Assembly: GCA_951406725.2 (NCBI GenBank)
Contig: OX597815.1
Coordinates: forward strand, 183,272,001 to 183,336,000
DNA: 64,000 nucleotides
Direction: 5' to 3'
From: Octopus vulgaris
Lineage: Eukaryota
The notes beneath the pieces were generated by a model that was given only the letters and a program-made list of their open reading frames with translations, searched no databases and had not been told where the DNA came from. A program made the translations under genes and the position numbers. Shown in pieces: positions 1 through 14,492 of the stretch (positions are counted from its first letter, which is position 1; each line of letters starts with the position of its first letter).

Positions 1-1112
1 CTGGGAGCTGCTCCAATGCTGATCAATTTTTCATTATAGCTGAACTGTTACATAAAATGCAGATAAAATTTCAGGTGTGGTGCCAAGTCGGGAATCAAAT
101 AGCCTTACAATTAATTTAGCTAAGAGCAAAAGTATAATAAGGCATAAAACAAACAAATCACATATCCCTTCAATCAAATGGCCCTGCTCAAAATTAAGGA
201 AACTCCATACAGTGTATCCAGTGCAAGTTCTGCACACATAAACAGTGCAGTAGAATCATGGGAAAATGAAAAAATCAAGTAGAGACTCTGTGTGGCACAT
301 ATGCAAGTAAGATAAGTTCTAAGTTTGTACAGAGGAGAAACTCCCTCAAATGACCAGCATCTCCTTAAAAATAGTAACCAAATTTTGTTATCCAGGCCAC
401 CATGTAAGCAGTGTATGACGAAGTATAGAAAGCATAATTGTTATAATAAGAAGAGGCCAGTCACATTATGTTAGTGAGTGTCTTTGCTGATAGCAAAGGT
501 GGTTTCCTTAGAATGAAAAGCAGATTGTATGATGTCAGTGTACATACAGCTAGGCTACATGGCAGTGAAACATGGACTGTCTCTAGAGATGACATGCAAA
601 AGGCTTGAAATAAAAGAATCAGGAGCTTCTGCTGGTTTGGTCATGTCAGTGTGCATGTATGACTGAGTGATTAAGAGAAAAATTGGGTATGAGAAGCATC
701 AGTTGAAATGCACAAGAAAGAAGACAGTGGTATCATGTGATGCATATGGATGAGGACAGTAGAAGTGCTTGTTTCTACTCCAGTTGTGGAGGGAAGATGT
801 AAAACAGGTAAACACTGAATCACATGGGAGAAAGTGGTGAGAAACAGTCTTCTGATATTGGGGCCCAAAGAGAAGATGAAAAAAGATCAAAATTTCTGGC
901 AGTTTTCTGCACTACAGAAGGCATGTGAAGCTAAGAAAAGTCTTGGCCACCATTACATACAGGCATGTCCTTTATGGATAGGCCTCACCAAGTCCTCACT
1001 CAGCTGAGATGTCCCTGTCTTGCAAAAACATACACACTAGTGCCACATAAAAGCACCTGTGCCACAACCACAAGAAATGAACATGCCAGTGGAAATTAAA
1101 AGCACCCATACC

Positions 1113-1334
1113 TATTTCTTTACTACCCACAAGGGGCTAAATACAGAGAGGACAAACAAGGACAGACACACAGATTAAGTCGATTATATTGACCACCAGT
1201 GCTTAACTGGTACTTAATTTATCGACCCCGAAAGGATGGAAGGCAAAGACGACCTCGGTGGAATTTGAACTCAGAACATAGCGGCAGACGAAATACCGCT
1301 AAGCATTTTCGCCCGGTGTGCTGCCAGCTCTGCC
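1113..1334 (-). mobile_element. Octopus-type tRNA-derived SINE (family B) with 12-bp TSD; copied in units 1-6 (also ~3925, 6312, 8708, 11517, 13904)
   Basis: B-box-like GAGTTCAAATTCC on minus strand; TSD agcacccatacc at 1101-1112 and 1335-1346; empty site in units 7-9 (e.g. ~16420). Confidence 0.88.
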
Positions 1335-1659
1335 AGCACCCATACCATTACCACATAAAATCACCTATGCCAGTGCCACATCAAAAATATACAAAACACT
1401 CGATAAAGTGGCTGTCATAAGGAAGAGCATCCAGCTCTAGAAACCGTAACAAAACAGACAATTGTAGCCTGCACAGCCCTCCAGACAGCCAGCTCCTGTC
1501 AAATGTCCCAACACATGACAAAATTGAGAACGCATTAACTGATAACAATACTGGTAAAAATGATGTATTATTGGCAACGTTACCACAAACACCTGCAAGA
1601 AAGTAAAGTTTTCAAATTTTAATCTATAAATGAACAGAAAATACTATGGCTTGGGCAAT

Positions 1660-2074
1660 AGGCGCAGGAGTGGCTGTGTGGTAGGTAGCTCGCTTACCTA
1701 CCACACAGCTCCGGGTTCGGTCCCACTGTGTGGTACCTGTAGCCTCGGGCCGAACAAAGCCTTGTGAGTGGATATGGTAGACGGAAACTGAAAGAAGCCC
1801 GTCGTATATATATATATGTATATATATGTATATATATATGTGTGTGTGTGTGTTTGTGTGTCTGTGTTTGTCTCCCCAACATCGCTTGACAACAGATGCT
1901 GGTGTTTTTACATCCCCGTTACTTAGCGGTTCGGCAAAAGAGACCGATAGGATAAGTACTAGGTTTATAAAGAATAAGTCCTGGGGTCCATTTGCTCGAC
2001 TAAAAAGGCGGTGTTCCAGCATGGCCGCAGTCAAATGACTGAAACAAGTAAAAGAGAAAGAGAGAAAAAAGAGA
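1660..2074 (+). mobile_element. Octopus-type tRNA-derived SINE (family A, internal TA/TG microsatellite)
   Basis: Head ggcgcaggagtggctgtgtggta..gggttcggtccc and tail gactgaaacaagtaaaagag; absent from sister monomers; same family at ~28965, 30425, 32650, 41394, 57300. Confidence 0.9.
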
Positions 2075-2099
2075 AAATTCAATGTAAAACGATACTTAC

Positions 2100-2147
2100 G
2101 AGTCTAGAGTTTCATCGATTCCTCTGTTTCTTTCTTCTCCACCATTT
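2100..2147 (-). CDS. 48-nt phase-2 micro-exon, (S)NGGEERNRGIDETLD(S), of a secreted repeat-protein gene
   Basis: Minus strand ggCTAATattttaatttctcTAG|AAATGG...GACTC|GTAAGTATC; the other two frames contain stops. Confidence 0.85.
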
Positions 2148-4515
2148 CTAGAGAAATTAAAATATTAGCCATTATTATATTTTTATTCCATATTTATATC
2201 ATACTATAAAACTAACCAACTATATTTTACTACTGAAAATTAAACAGGTCCAACTTTTTTTACTCAAAATGAAAATGGTAGACATTCAATCAGGAGTTGC
2301 AACGAACAGTGTGGATAATTTGAGTTTGGTGAAAGGAGAGAAGTAATCAGAAGAAGATTGCTTTTTATTGGGAATAAATTGCTCAACTGATTAGGAAGTG
2401 AGTTATCCTGGATGAAATGCAGTTCTATTTTGTGCCAGAAACAAGCACAACTGATGCTATCCGCCTGGTAGTGCAACTTCATCAGAGGGATTTAGCCATT
2501 AATAAACCATTGTAACTGGCTTTTTTAGAGCTGGAGAAAGACATAGAAGAATAAACCGCTGTACTTGGCTGTAGGGGACCTCCAGAAATTCTTGGACAAA
2601 GGCCATAACTCCCTTATCGAGAGGTCGCTGTAGAAGCTATGGATTTATAGGTGGTAGTGAGAACACAGGAAGACATGTGCAAGCATGATGTCAATAAGGT
2701 GAAGGTCTACAATGTGTACAAGACTGAATATAGTGTACGAGTAACCATTCACCAAAGACAGGCCCTAGCCCCTCTCCTTTTTTACATTGTCCTAAACGAC
2801 ATAATAGAGGAATTTAAGACTGGCTAGTTCTGGGAGCTGCTCCAATGCTGATCAATTTTTCCTTATAGCTGAACTGTTACGTAAAATTCAGAGGAAATTT
2901 CAGGTGTGGTGCCAAGTCAGTAATCAAATAGCCAAGAGCAAAAGTCTAATAAGGCATAAAACAAACAAATCACATATCCATTCAGGCAAATAGCCCTGCA
3001 CAAAATTAAGGAAACTCCATACAGTGTATCCAGTGCAAGTTCTGCACACATAAACAGTGCAGTAGAATCATAGGAAAATTAAAAAATCAAGTAGAGACTC
3101 TTTGTGGCAGATATGCAAGTAAGATAAATTCTAAGTTTGTACAGAGGAGAAACTCCCCCGAATGACCAGCATCTCCTTAAAAATAGTAACCAAATTTTGT
3201 TATCCAGGCCACCATGTTAGCAGTGTATGACGAAGTATAAAAAGCATAATTGTTACAATAAGAAGAGGCTGGTCACATTATGTTAGTGAGTGTCTTTGCT
3301 GATAGCAAAGGTTGTTTCCTTAGAATGAAAAGCAGATTGTATGATGCCAGTGTACATACAGCTAGGCTACATGGCAGTGAAACATGGACTGTCTCTAGAG
3401 ATGACATGCAAAAGGCTTGAAATAAAAGAATCAGGAGCTTCTGCTGGATTGGTCATGTCAGTGTGCATGTATGACTGAGTGTTTAAAAGAAAAATTGGGT
3501 ATGAGAAGCATCAGTTGAAATGCGCGAGAAAGAAGACAGTGGTATCATGTGATGCATATGGATGAGGACAGTAGAAGTGCTTGTTTCTACTCCAGTTGTG
3601 GAGGGAAGATGTAAAACAGGTAAACACTGAAACACATGGGAGAAAGTAGTGAGAAACAGTCTTCTGACATTGGGGCCCAAAGAGAAGATGAAAAAAGATC
3701 AAAATTTCTGGCAGTTTTCTGCACTACAGAAGGCATGTTAAGCTAAGAAAAGTCTTGGCCACCATTACATACAGGCATGTCCTTTATGGATAGGCCTCAC
3801 CAAGTCCTCACTCAGCTGAGATGTCCCTGTCTTGCAAAAAGATACACAATAGTGCCACATAAAAGCACCTGTGCCACAACCACAAGAAATGAACATGCCA
3901 GTGGAAATTAAAAGCACCCATACCTATTTCTTTACTACCCACAAGGGGCTAAATACAGAGAGGACAAACAAGGACAGACACACAGATTAAGTCGATTATA
4001 TTGACCACCAGTGCTTAACTGGTACTTAATTTATCGACCCCGAAAGGATGGAAGGCAAAGACGACCTTGGTGGAATTTGAACTCAGAACATAGCGGCAGA
4101 CGAAATACCGCTAAGCATTTTCGCCCTGTGTGCTGCCAGCTCTGCCAGCACCCATACCATTACCACATAAAATCACCTATGCCAGTGCCACATCAGAAAT
4201 ATACAAAACACTCGATAAAGTGGCTGTCATAAGGAAGAGCATCCAGCTCTAGAAACCGTAACAAAACAGATAGTTGTAGCCTGCACAGCCCTCCAGACAG
4301 CCAGCTCCTGTCAAATGTTACAACACATGACAAAATTGAGAACACACATTAACTGATAACAATACTGGTAAAAATGATGTATTATTGGCAACTTTACCAC
4401 AAATACCTGCAAGAAAGTAATGTTTTCAAATTTTAATCTATAAATGAACAGAAAATACTATGGCTTGGGCAATGTATAATAAACCCAAATAAATTCAATG
4501 AAAAACGATACTTAC

Positions 4516-4563
4516 GAGTCTAGAGTTTCATCGATTCCTCTGTTTCTTTCTTCTTCCCCATTT
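4516..4563 (-). CDS. 48-nt phase-2 micro-exon, (S)NGEEERNRGIDETLD(S)
   Basis: Acceptor ttttaatttcgtTAG, donor GTAAGTATC, open frame. Confidence 0.85.
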
Positions 4564-6898
4564 CTAACGAAATTAAAATATTAGCCATTATTATATTTTT
4601 ATTCCATATTTATTTCCTACTATGAAACTAACCAACTATATTTTACTACTGAAATTTAAACAGGTCCAATATTTTTTACTCAAAATGAAAATGGTGGACA
4701 TTCAATCAGGAGTTGCAACGAACAGTGTGGATAATTTGAGTTTGGTGAAAGGAGAGAAGTAATCAGAAGAGGATTGCTTTTTATTGGGAATAAATTGCTC
4801 AACTCATTAGAAAGTGAGTTATCCTGGATGAGATGCAGTTCTATTTTGTGCCAGAAACAAGCACAACTGATGCTATCCACCTGGTAATGCAACTTCATCA
4901 GAAGGATTTAGCCATTGTAACTGGCTTTTGTAGAGCTGGAGAAAGACATAGAATAAACCGCTATACTTGGCTGTAGGGGACCTCCAGAAATTCTTGGACA
5001 AAGGCCATAACTTCCTTATCTAGAGGTCGCTGTAGAAGCTATGGATTGATGAGTGGTGGTGAGAACACTGGAAGACATGTGCAAGCATGATGTCAATAAG
5101 GTGAAGGTCTACAATGAGTACAAGTAAGCATTCATCACAGACAGGTCCTAGCCCCTCTTCTTTTTAACATAGTCCTAAACGACATAATAGAGGAATTTGA
5201 GACTGGCTAGTTCTGGGAGCTGCTCCAATGCTGATCAATTTTTCATTATAGCTGAACTGTTACATAAAATGCAGATAAAATTTCAGGTGTGGTGCCAAGT
5301 CAGTAATCAAATAGCCTTACAATTAATTTAGCTAAGAGCAAATGTATAATAAGGCATAAAATAAACAAATCACATATCCCTTCAATCAAATGGCCCTGCT
5401 CAAAATTAAGGAAACTCCATACAGTGTATCCAGTGCAAGTTCTGCACACATGAACAGTGCAGTAGTATCATGGGAAAATGAAAAAATCAAGGAGAGACTC
5501 TGTGTGGCAGATATGCAAGTAAGATAAATTCTAAGTTTGTACAGAGGAGAAACTCCCCCAAATGACCAGCATCTCCTTAAAAATAGTAACCAAATTTTGT
5601 TATCTAGGCCACTATGTTAGCAGTGTACGACAAAGTATAGAAAGCATAATTGTTACAATAAGAAGAGGCCAGTCACATTACGTTAGTAAGCAAAGGGCTG
5701 CTTCCTTAGAGTGAAAAGCAGATTATACGATCCCAGTGTACATACAGCTAGGCTACATGGCAGTGAAACATGGACTGTCACTAGAGAAGACATGCAAAAG
5801 GCTTGAAACAAAAGAAGCCAGGAGCTTTTGCTGGATTGGTCATGTCAGTGTGCATGTATGACTGAGAGTTTAAGAGAAAAATTGAGTATGAGAAGCATCA
5901 GTTGAAATGCACAAGAAAGAAGACAGTGGTATCATGTGATGCATATGGATGAGGACAGTAGAAGTGCTTGTTTCTACTCCAGTTGTGGAGGGAAGATGTA
6001 AAACAGGTAAACACTGAAATACATGGGAGAAAGTGGTAAGAAACAGTCTTCTGACATTGGGGCCCAAAGAGAAGATGAAAAAAGATCAAAATTTCTGGCA
6101 GTTTTCTGCACTACAGAAGGCATGTTAAGCTAAGAAAAGTCTTGGCCACCATTACATACAGGCATGTCCTTTATGGATAGGCCTCACCAAGTCCTCACTC
6201 AGCTGAGATGTCCCTGTCTTGCAAAAACATACACAATAGTGCCACATAAAAGCACCTGTGCCACAACCACGAGAAACAAACATGCCAGTGCCAATTAAAA
6301 GCACCCATACCTATTTCTTTACTACCCACAAGGGGCTAAACACAGAGAGGACAAACAAGGACAGACACACAGATTAAGTCGATTACATTGACCACCAGTG
6401 CGTAACTGGTACTTAATTTATCGACCCCGAAAGGATGAAAGGCAAAGTCAACATCGGTGGAATTTGAACTCAGAATGTAGCGGCAGACGAAATACCGCTA
6501 AGCATTTTGCCCAGCATGCTGCCAGCTCTGCCAGCACCCATACCATTACCACATAAAAGCACCTATGCCAGTGCCACATCAGAAATATACAAAACACTCG
6601 ATAAAGTGGCTGTCATAAGGAAGAGCATCCAGCTCTAGAAACCATAACAAAACAGACAATTGTAGCCTTCACAGCCCTCCAGACAGCCAGCTCCTGTCAA
6701 ATGTTCCAACACATGACAAAATTGAGAACACATTAACTGATAACAATACTGGTAAAAATGATGTATTATTGGCAACTTTACCACAAACACCTGCAAGAAA
6801 TAATGTTTTCAAATTTTAATCTATAAATGAACAGAAAATACTATGGCTTGGGCAATGTATAATAAACCCAAATAAATTCAATGAAAAACGATACTTAC

Positions 6899-6946
6899 GA
6901 GTCTAGAGTTTCATCGATTCCTCTGTTTCTTTCTTCTTCCCCATTT
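6899..6946 (-). CDS. 48-nt phase-2 micro-exon, (S)NGEEERNRGIDETLD(S)
   Basis: Acceptor ttttaatttcttTAG, donor GTAAGTATC. Confidence 0.85.
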
Positions 6947-9254
6947 CTAAAGAAATTAAAATATTAGCCATTATTATATTTTTATTCCATATTTATTTCC
7001 TACTATGAAACTAACCAACTATATTTTACTACTGAAATTTAAACAGGTCCAATATTTTTTACTCAAAATGAAAATGGTGAAAAATCAATCGGAAGTTGCA
7101 ACGAACAGTGTGGATAATTTGAGTTTGGTGAAAGGAGAGAAGTAATCAGAAGAGGATCGCTTTTTATTGGGAATAAATTGCTCAACTGATTAGGAAGTGA
7201 GTTATCCTGGATGAGATGCAGTTCTATTTTGTGCCAGAAACAAGCACAACTGATGCTATCCTCCTGGTAATGCAACTTCATGAGAAGGATTTAGCCATTG
7301 TAACTGGCTTTTGTAGAGCTGGAGAAAGACATAGAATAAACAGCTATACTTGGCTGTAGGGGACCTCCAGAAATTCTTGGACAAAGGCCATAACTTCCTT
7401 ATCTAGAGGTCGCTGTAGAAGCTATGGGTTGATATGTGGTGGTGAGAACACTGGAAGACATGTGCAAGCATGATGTCAATAAGGTGAAGGTCTACAATGA
7501 GTACAAGTAAGCATTCATCACAGACAGGTCCTAGCCACTCTTCTTTTTAACATAGTCCTAAACGACATAATAGAGGAATTTAAGACTGGCTAGTTCTGGG
7601 AGCTGCTCCAATGCTGATCAATTTTTCATTATAGCTGAACTGTTACATAAAATGCAGATAAAATTTCAGGTGTGGTGCCAAGTCGGGAATCAAATAGCCT
7701 TACAATTAATTTAGCTAAGAGCAAAAGTATAATAAGGCATAAAACAAACAAATCACATATCCCTTCAATCAAATGGCCCTGCTCAAAATTAAGGAAACTC
7801 CATACAGTGTATCCAGTGCAAGTTCTGCACACATAAACAGTGCAGTAGAATCATAGGAAAATGAAAAAATCAAGTAGAGACTCTGTGTGGCACATATGCA
7901 AGTAAGATAAGTTCTAAGTTTGTACAGAGGAGAAACTCCCTCAAATGACCAGCATCTCCTTAAAAATAGTAACCAAATTTTGTTATCCAGGCCACCATGT
8001 AAGCAGTGTATGACGAAGTATAGAAAGCATAATTGTTATAATAAGAAGAGGCCAGTCACATTATGTTAGTGAGTGTCTTTGCTGATAGCAAAGGTGGTTT
8101 CCTTAGAATGAAAAGCAGATTGTATGATGTCAGTGTACATACAGCTAGGCTACATGGCAGTGAAACATGGACTGTCTCTAGAGATGACATGCAAAAGGCT
8201 TGAAATAAAAGAATCAGGAGCTTCTGCTGGTTTGGTCATGTCAGTGTGCATGTATGACTGAGTGATTAAGAGAAAAATTGGGTATGAGAAGCATCAGTTG
8301 AAATGCACAAGAAAGAAGACAGTGGTATCATGTGATGCATATGGATGAGGACAGTAGAAGTGCTTGTTTCTACTCCAGTTGTGGAGGGAAGATGTAAAAC
8401 AGGTAAACACTGAATCACATGGGAGAAAGTGGTGAGAAACAGTCTTCTGATATTGGGGCCCAAAGAGAAGATGAAAAAAGATCAAAATTTCTGGCAGTTT
8501 TCTGCACTACAGAAGGCATGTGAAGCTAAGAAAAGTCTTGGCCACCATTACATACAGGCATGTCCTTTATGGATAGGCCTCACCAAGTCCTCACTCAGCT
8601 GAGATGTCCCTGTCTTGCAAAAACATACACACTAGTGCCACATAAAAGCACCTGTGCCACAACCACAAGAAATGAACATGCCAGTGGAAATTAAAAGCAC
8701 CCATACCTATTTCTTTACTACCCACAAGGGGCTAAATACAGAGAGGACAAACAAGGACAGACACACAGATTAAGTCGATTATATTGACCACCAGTGCTTA
8801 ACTGGTACTTAATTTATCGACCCCGAAAGGATGGAAGGCAAAGACGACCTCGGTGGAATTTGAACTCAGAACATAGCGGCAGACGAAATACCGCTAAGCA
8901 TTTTCGCCCGGTGTGCTGCCAGCTCTGCCAGCACCCATACCATTACCACATAAAATCACCTATGCCAGTGCCACATCAAAAATATACAAAACACTCGATA
9001 AAGTGGCTGTCATAAGGAAGAGCATCCAGCTCTAGAAACCGTAACAAAACAGACAATTGTAGCCTGCACAGCCCTCCAGACAGCCAGCTCCTGTCAAATG
9101 TCCCAACACATGACAAAATTGAGAACGCATTAACTGATAACAATACTGGTAAAAATGATGTATTATTGGCAACGTTACCACAAACACCTGCAAGAAAGTA
9201 AAGTTTTCAAATTTTAATCTATAAATGAACAGAAAATACTATGGCTTGGGCAAT

Positions 9255-9669
9255 AGGCGCAGGAGTGGCTGTGTGGTAGGTAGCTCGCTTACCAACCACA
9301 CAGTTCCGGGTTCGGTCCCACTGTGTGGTACCTGTAGCCTCGGGCCGAACAAAGCCTTGTGAGTGGATATGGTAGACGGAAACTGAAAGAAGCCCGTCGT
9401 ATATATATATATGTATATATATGTATATATATATGTGTGTGTGTGTGTTTGTGTGTCTGTGTTTGTCTCCCCAACATCGCTTGACAACAGATGCTGGTGT
9501 TTTTACATCCCCGTTACTTAGCGGTTCGGCAAAAGAGACCGATAGGATAAGTACTAGGTTTATAAAGAATAAGTCCTGGGGTCCATTTGCTCGACTAAAA
9601 AGGCGGTGTTCCAGCATGGCCGCAGTCAAATGACTGAAACAAGTAAAAGAGAAAGAGAGAAAAAAGAGA
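9255..9669 (+). mobile_element. SINE family A, higher-order-repeat copy of 1660-2074
   Basis: Nearly identical to 1660-2074 at offset 7595. Confidence 0.9.
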
Positions 9670-9694
9670 AAATTCAATGTAAAACGATACTTAC

Positions 9695-9742
9695 GAGTCT
9701 AGAGTTTCATCGATTCCTCTGTTTCTTTCTTCTCCACCATTT
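9695..9742 (-). CDS. 48-nt phase-2 micro-exon, (S)NGGEERNRGIDETLD(S)
   Basis: Identical to 2100-2147 including splice sites. Confidence 0.85.
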
Positions 9743-12107
9743 CTAGAGAAATTAAAATATTAGCCATTATTATATTTTTATTCCATATTTATATCATACT
9801 ATAAAACTAACCAACTATATTTTACTACTGAAAATTAAACAGGTCCAACTTTTTTTACTCAAAATGAAAATGGTAGACATTCAATCAGGAGTTGCAACGA
9901 ACAGTGTGGATAATTTGAGTTTGGTGAAAGGAGAGAAGTAATCAGAAGAAGATTGCTTTTTATTGGGAATAAATTGCTCAACTGATTAGGAAGTGAGTTA
10001 TCCTGGATGAAATGCAGTTCTATTTTGTGCCAGAAACAAGCACAACTGATGCTATCCGCCTGGTAGTGCAACTTCATCAGAGGGATTTAGCCATTAATAA
10101 ACCATTGTAACTGGCTTTTTTAGAGCTGGAGAAAGACATAGAAGAATAAACCGCTGTACTTGGCTGTAGGGGACCTCCAGAAATTCTTGGACAAAGGCCA
10201 TAACTCCCTTATCGAGAGGTCGCTGTAGAAGCTATGGATTTATAGGTGGTAGTGAGAACACAGGAAGACATGTGCAAGCATGATGTCAATAAGGTGAAGG
10301 TCTACAATGTGTACAAGACTGAATATAGTGTACGAGTAACCATTCACCAAAGACAGGCCCTAGCCCCTCTCCTTTTTTACATTGTCCTAAACGACATAAT
10401 AGAGGAATTTAAGACTGGCTAGTTCTGGGAGCTGCTCCAATGCTGATCAATTTTTCCTTATAGCTGAACTGTTACGTAAAATTCAGAGGAAATTTCAGGT
10501 GTGGTGCCAAGTCAGTAATCAAATAGCCAAGAGCAAAAGTCTAATAAGGCATAAAACAAACAAATCACATATCCATTCAGGCAAATAGCCCTGCACAAAA
10601 TTAAGGAAACTCCATACAGTGTATCCAGTGCAAGTTCTGCACACATAAACAGTGCAGTAGAATCATAGGAAAATTAAAAAATCAAGTAGAGACTCTTTGT
10701 GGCAGATATGCAAGTAAGATAAATTCTAAGTTTGTACAGAGGAGAAACTCCCCCGAATGACCAGCATCTCCTTAAAAATAGTAACCAAATTTTGTTATCC
10801 AGGCCACCATGTTAGCAGTGTATGACGAAGTATAAAAAGCATAATTGTTACAATAAGAAGAGGCTGGTCACATTATGTTAGTGAGTGTCTTTGCTGATAG
10901 CAAAGGTTGTTTCCTTAGAATGAAAAGCAGATTGTATGATGCCAGTGTACATACAGCTAGGCTACATGGCAGTGAAACATGGACTGTCTCTAGAGATGAC
11001 ATGCAAAAGGCTTGAAATAAAAGAATCAGGAGCTTCTGCTGGATTGGTCATGTCAGTGTGCATGTATGACTGAGTGTTTAAAAGAAAAATTGGGTATGAG
11101 AAGCATCAGTTGAAATGCGCGAGAAAGAAGACAGTGGTATCATGTGATGCATATGGATGAGGACAGTAGAAGTGCTTGTTTCTACTCCAGTTGTGGAGGG
11201 AAGATGTAAAACAGGTAAACACTGAAACACATGGGAGAAAGTAGTGAGAAACATCTTCTGACATTGGGGCCCAAAGAGAAGATGAAAAAAGATCAAAATT
11301 TCTGGCAGTTTTCTGCACTACAGAAGGCATGTTAAGCTAAGAAAAGTCTTGGCCACCATTACATACAGGCATGTCCTTTATGGATAGGCCTCACCAAGTC
11401 CTCACTCAGCTGAGATGTCCCTGTCTTGCAAAAGATACACAATAGTGCCACATAAAAGCACCTGTGCCACAACCACAAGAAATGAACATGCCAGTGGAAA
11501 TTAAAAGCACCCATACCTATTTCTTTACTACCCACAAGGGGCTAAATACAGAGAGACAAACAAGGACAGACACACAGATTAAGTCGATTATATTGACCAC
11601 CAGTGCTTAACTGGTACTTAATTTATCGACCCCGAAAGGATGGAAGGCAAAGACGACCTTGGTGGAATTTGAACTCAGAACATAGCGGCAGACGAAATAC
11701 CGCTAAGCATTTTCGCCCTGTGTGCTGCCAGCTCTGCCAGCACCCATACCATTACCACATAAAATCACCTATGTCAGTGCCACATCAGAAATATACAAAA
11801 CACTCGATAAAGTGGCTGTCATAAGGAAGAGCATCCAGCTCTAGAAACCGTAACAAAACAGATAGTTGTAGCCTGCACAGCCCTCCAGACAGCCAGCTCC
11901 TGTCAAATGTTACAACACATGACAAAATTGAGAACACACATTAACTGATAACAATACTGGTAAAAATGATGTATTATTGGCAACTTTACCACAAATACCT
12001 GCAAGAAAGTAATGTTTTCAAATTTTAATCTATAAATGAACAGAAAATACTATGGCTTGGGCAATGTATAATAAACCCAAATAAATTCAATGAAAAACGA
12101 TACTTAC

Positions 12108-12155
12108 GAGTCTAGAGTTTCATCGATTCCTCTGTTTCTTTCTTCTTCCCCATTT
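12108..12155 (-). CDS. 48-nt phase-2 micro-exon, (S)NGEEERNRGIDETLD(S)
   Basis: Identical to 4516-4563 including splice sites. Confidence 0.85.
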
Positions 12156-14492
12156 CTAACGAAATTAAAATATTAGCCATTATTATATTTTTATTCCATA
12201 TTTATTTCCTACTATGAAACTAACCAACTATATTTTACTACTGAAATTTAAACAGGTCCAATATTTTTTACTCAAAATGAAAATGGTGGACATTCAATCA
12301 GGAGTTGCAACGAACAGTGTGGATAATTTGAGTTTGGTGAAAGGAGAGAAGTAATCAGAAGAGGATTGCTTTTTATTGGGAATAAATTGCTCAACTGATT
12401 AGAAAGTGAGTTATCCTGGATGAGATGCAGTTCTATTTTGTGCCAGAAACAAGCACAACTGATGCTATCCACCTGGTAATGCAACTTCATCAGAAGGATT
12501 TAGCCATTGTAACTGGCTTTTGTAGAGCTGGAGAAAGACATAGAATAAACCGCTATACTTGGCTGTAGGGGACCTCCAGAAATTCTTGGACAAAGGCCAT
12601 AACTTCCTTATCTAGAGGTCGCTGTAGAAGCTATGGATTGATGAGTGGTGGTGAGAACACTGGAAGACATGTGCAAGCATGATGTCAATAAGGTGAAGGT
12701 CTACAATGAGTACAAGTAAGCATTCATCACAGACAGGTCCTAGCCCCTCTTCTTTTTAACATAGTCCTAAACGACATAATAGAGGAATTTGAGACTGGCT
12801 AGTTCTGGGAGCTGCTCCAATGCTGATCAATTTTTCATTATAGCTGAACTGTTACATAAAATGCAGATAAAATTTCAGGTGTGGTGCCAAGTCAGTAATC
12901 AAATAGCCTTACAATTAATTTAGCTAAGAGCAAATGTATAATAAGGCATAAAATAAACAAATCACATATCCCTTCAATCAAATGGCCCTGCTCAAAATTA
13001 AGGAAACTCCATACAGTGTATCCAGTGCAAGTTCTGCACACATGAACAGTGCAGTAGTATCATGGGAAAATGAAAAAATCAAGGAGAGACTCTGTGTGGC
13101 AGATATGCAAGTAAGATAAATTCTAAGTTTGTACAGAGGAGAAACTCCCCCAAATGACCAGCATCTCCTTAAAAATAGTAACCAAATTTTGTTATCTAGG
13201 CCACTATGTTAGCAGTGTACGACAAAGTATAGAAAGCATAATTGTTACAATAAGAAGAGGCCAGTCACATTATGTTAGTAAGCAAAGGGCTGCTTCCTTA
13301 GAGTGAAAAGCAGATTATACGATCCCAGTGTACATACAGCTAGGCTACATGGCAGTGAAACATGGACTGTCACTAGAGAAGACATGCAAAAGGCTTGAAA
13401 CAAAAGAAGCCAGGAGCTTTTGCTGGATTGGTCATGTCAGTGTGCATGTATGACTGAGAGTTTAAGAGAAAAATTGAGTATGAGAAGCATCAGTTGAAAT
13501 GCACAAGAAAGAAGACAGTGGTATCATGTGATGCATATGGATGAGGACAGTAGAAGTGCTTGTTTCTACTCCAGTTGTGGAGGGAAGATGTAAAACAGGT
13601 AAACACTGAAATACATGGGAGAAAGTGGTAAGAAACAGTCTTCTGACATTGGGGCCCAAAGAGAAGATGAAAAAAGATCAAAATTTCTGGCAGTTTTCTG
13701 CACTACAGAAGGCATGTTAAGCTAAGAAAAGTCTTGGCCACCATTACATACAGGCATGTCCTTTATGGATAGGCCTCACCAAGTCCTCACTCAGCTGAGA
13801 TGTCCCTGTCTTGCAAAAACATACACAATAGTGCCACATAAAAGCACCTGTGCCACAACCACGAGAAACAAACATGCCAGTGCCAATTAAAAGCACCCAT
13901 ACCTATTTCTTTACTACCCACAAGGGGCTAAACACAGAGAGGACAAACAAGGACAGACACACAGATTAAGTCGATTACATTGACCACCAGTGCGTAACTG
14001 GTACTTAATTTATCGACCCCGAAAGGATGAAAGGCAAAGTCAACATCGGTGGAATTTGAACTCAGAATGTAGCGGCAGACGAAATACCGCTAAGCATTTT
14101 GCCCAGCATGCTGCCAGCTCTGCCAGCACCCATACCATTACCACATAAAATCACCTATGTCAGTGCCACATCAGAAATATACAAAACACTCGATAAAGTG
14201 GCTGTCATAAGGAAGAGCATCCAGCTCTAGAAACCGTAACAAAACAGACAATTGTAGCCTGCACAGCCCTCCAGACAGCCAGCTCCTGTCAAACGTTCCA
14301 ACACATGACAAAATTGAGAACACACATTAACTGATAACAATACTGGTAAAAATGATGTATTATTGGCAACTTTACCACAAACACCTGCAAGAAATAATGT
14401 TTTCAAATTTTAATCTATAAATGAACAGAAAATACTATGGCTTGGGCAATGTATAATAAACCCAAATAAATTCAATGAAAAATGATACTTAC

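Larger units (their letters stand above)
1..14140. repeat. Higher-order repeat, period ~7.59 kb (three monomers)
   Basis: Near-identical sequence at offsets 7592-7595 (exons 2100/9695 and 4516/12108; identical ORFs 34/7629 and 671/8266); diagnostic SINE present only in every third monomer. Confidence 0.95.

Noticed and set aside
2100-2147. Alternative frames of the micro-exon (KWWRRKKQRNR* and MVEKKETEESMKL*)
   Set aside because: Both hit stop codons within the exon; only the phase-2 frame is open in all nine copies
34-13681. Recurrent 63-152 aa ORFs in the tandem array
   Set aside because: They are antisense or off-frame readings of decayed RTE LINE and SINE sequence and recur only because the DNA is duplicated
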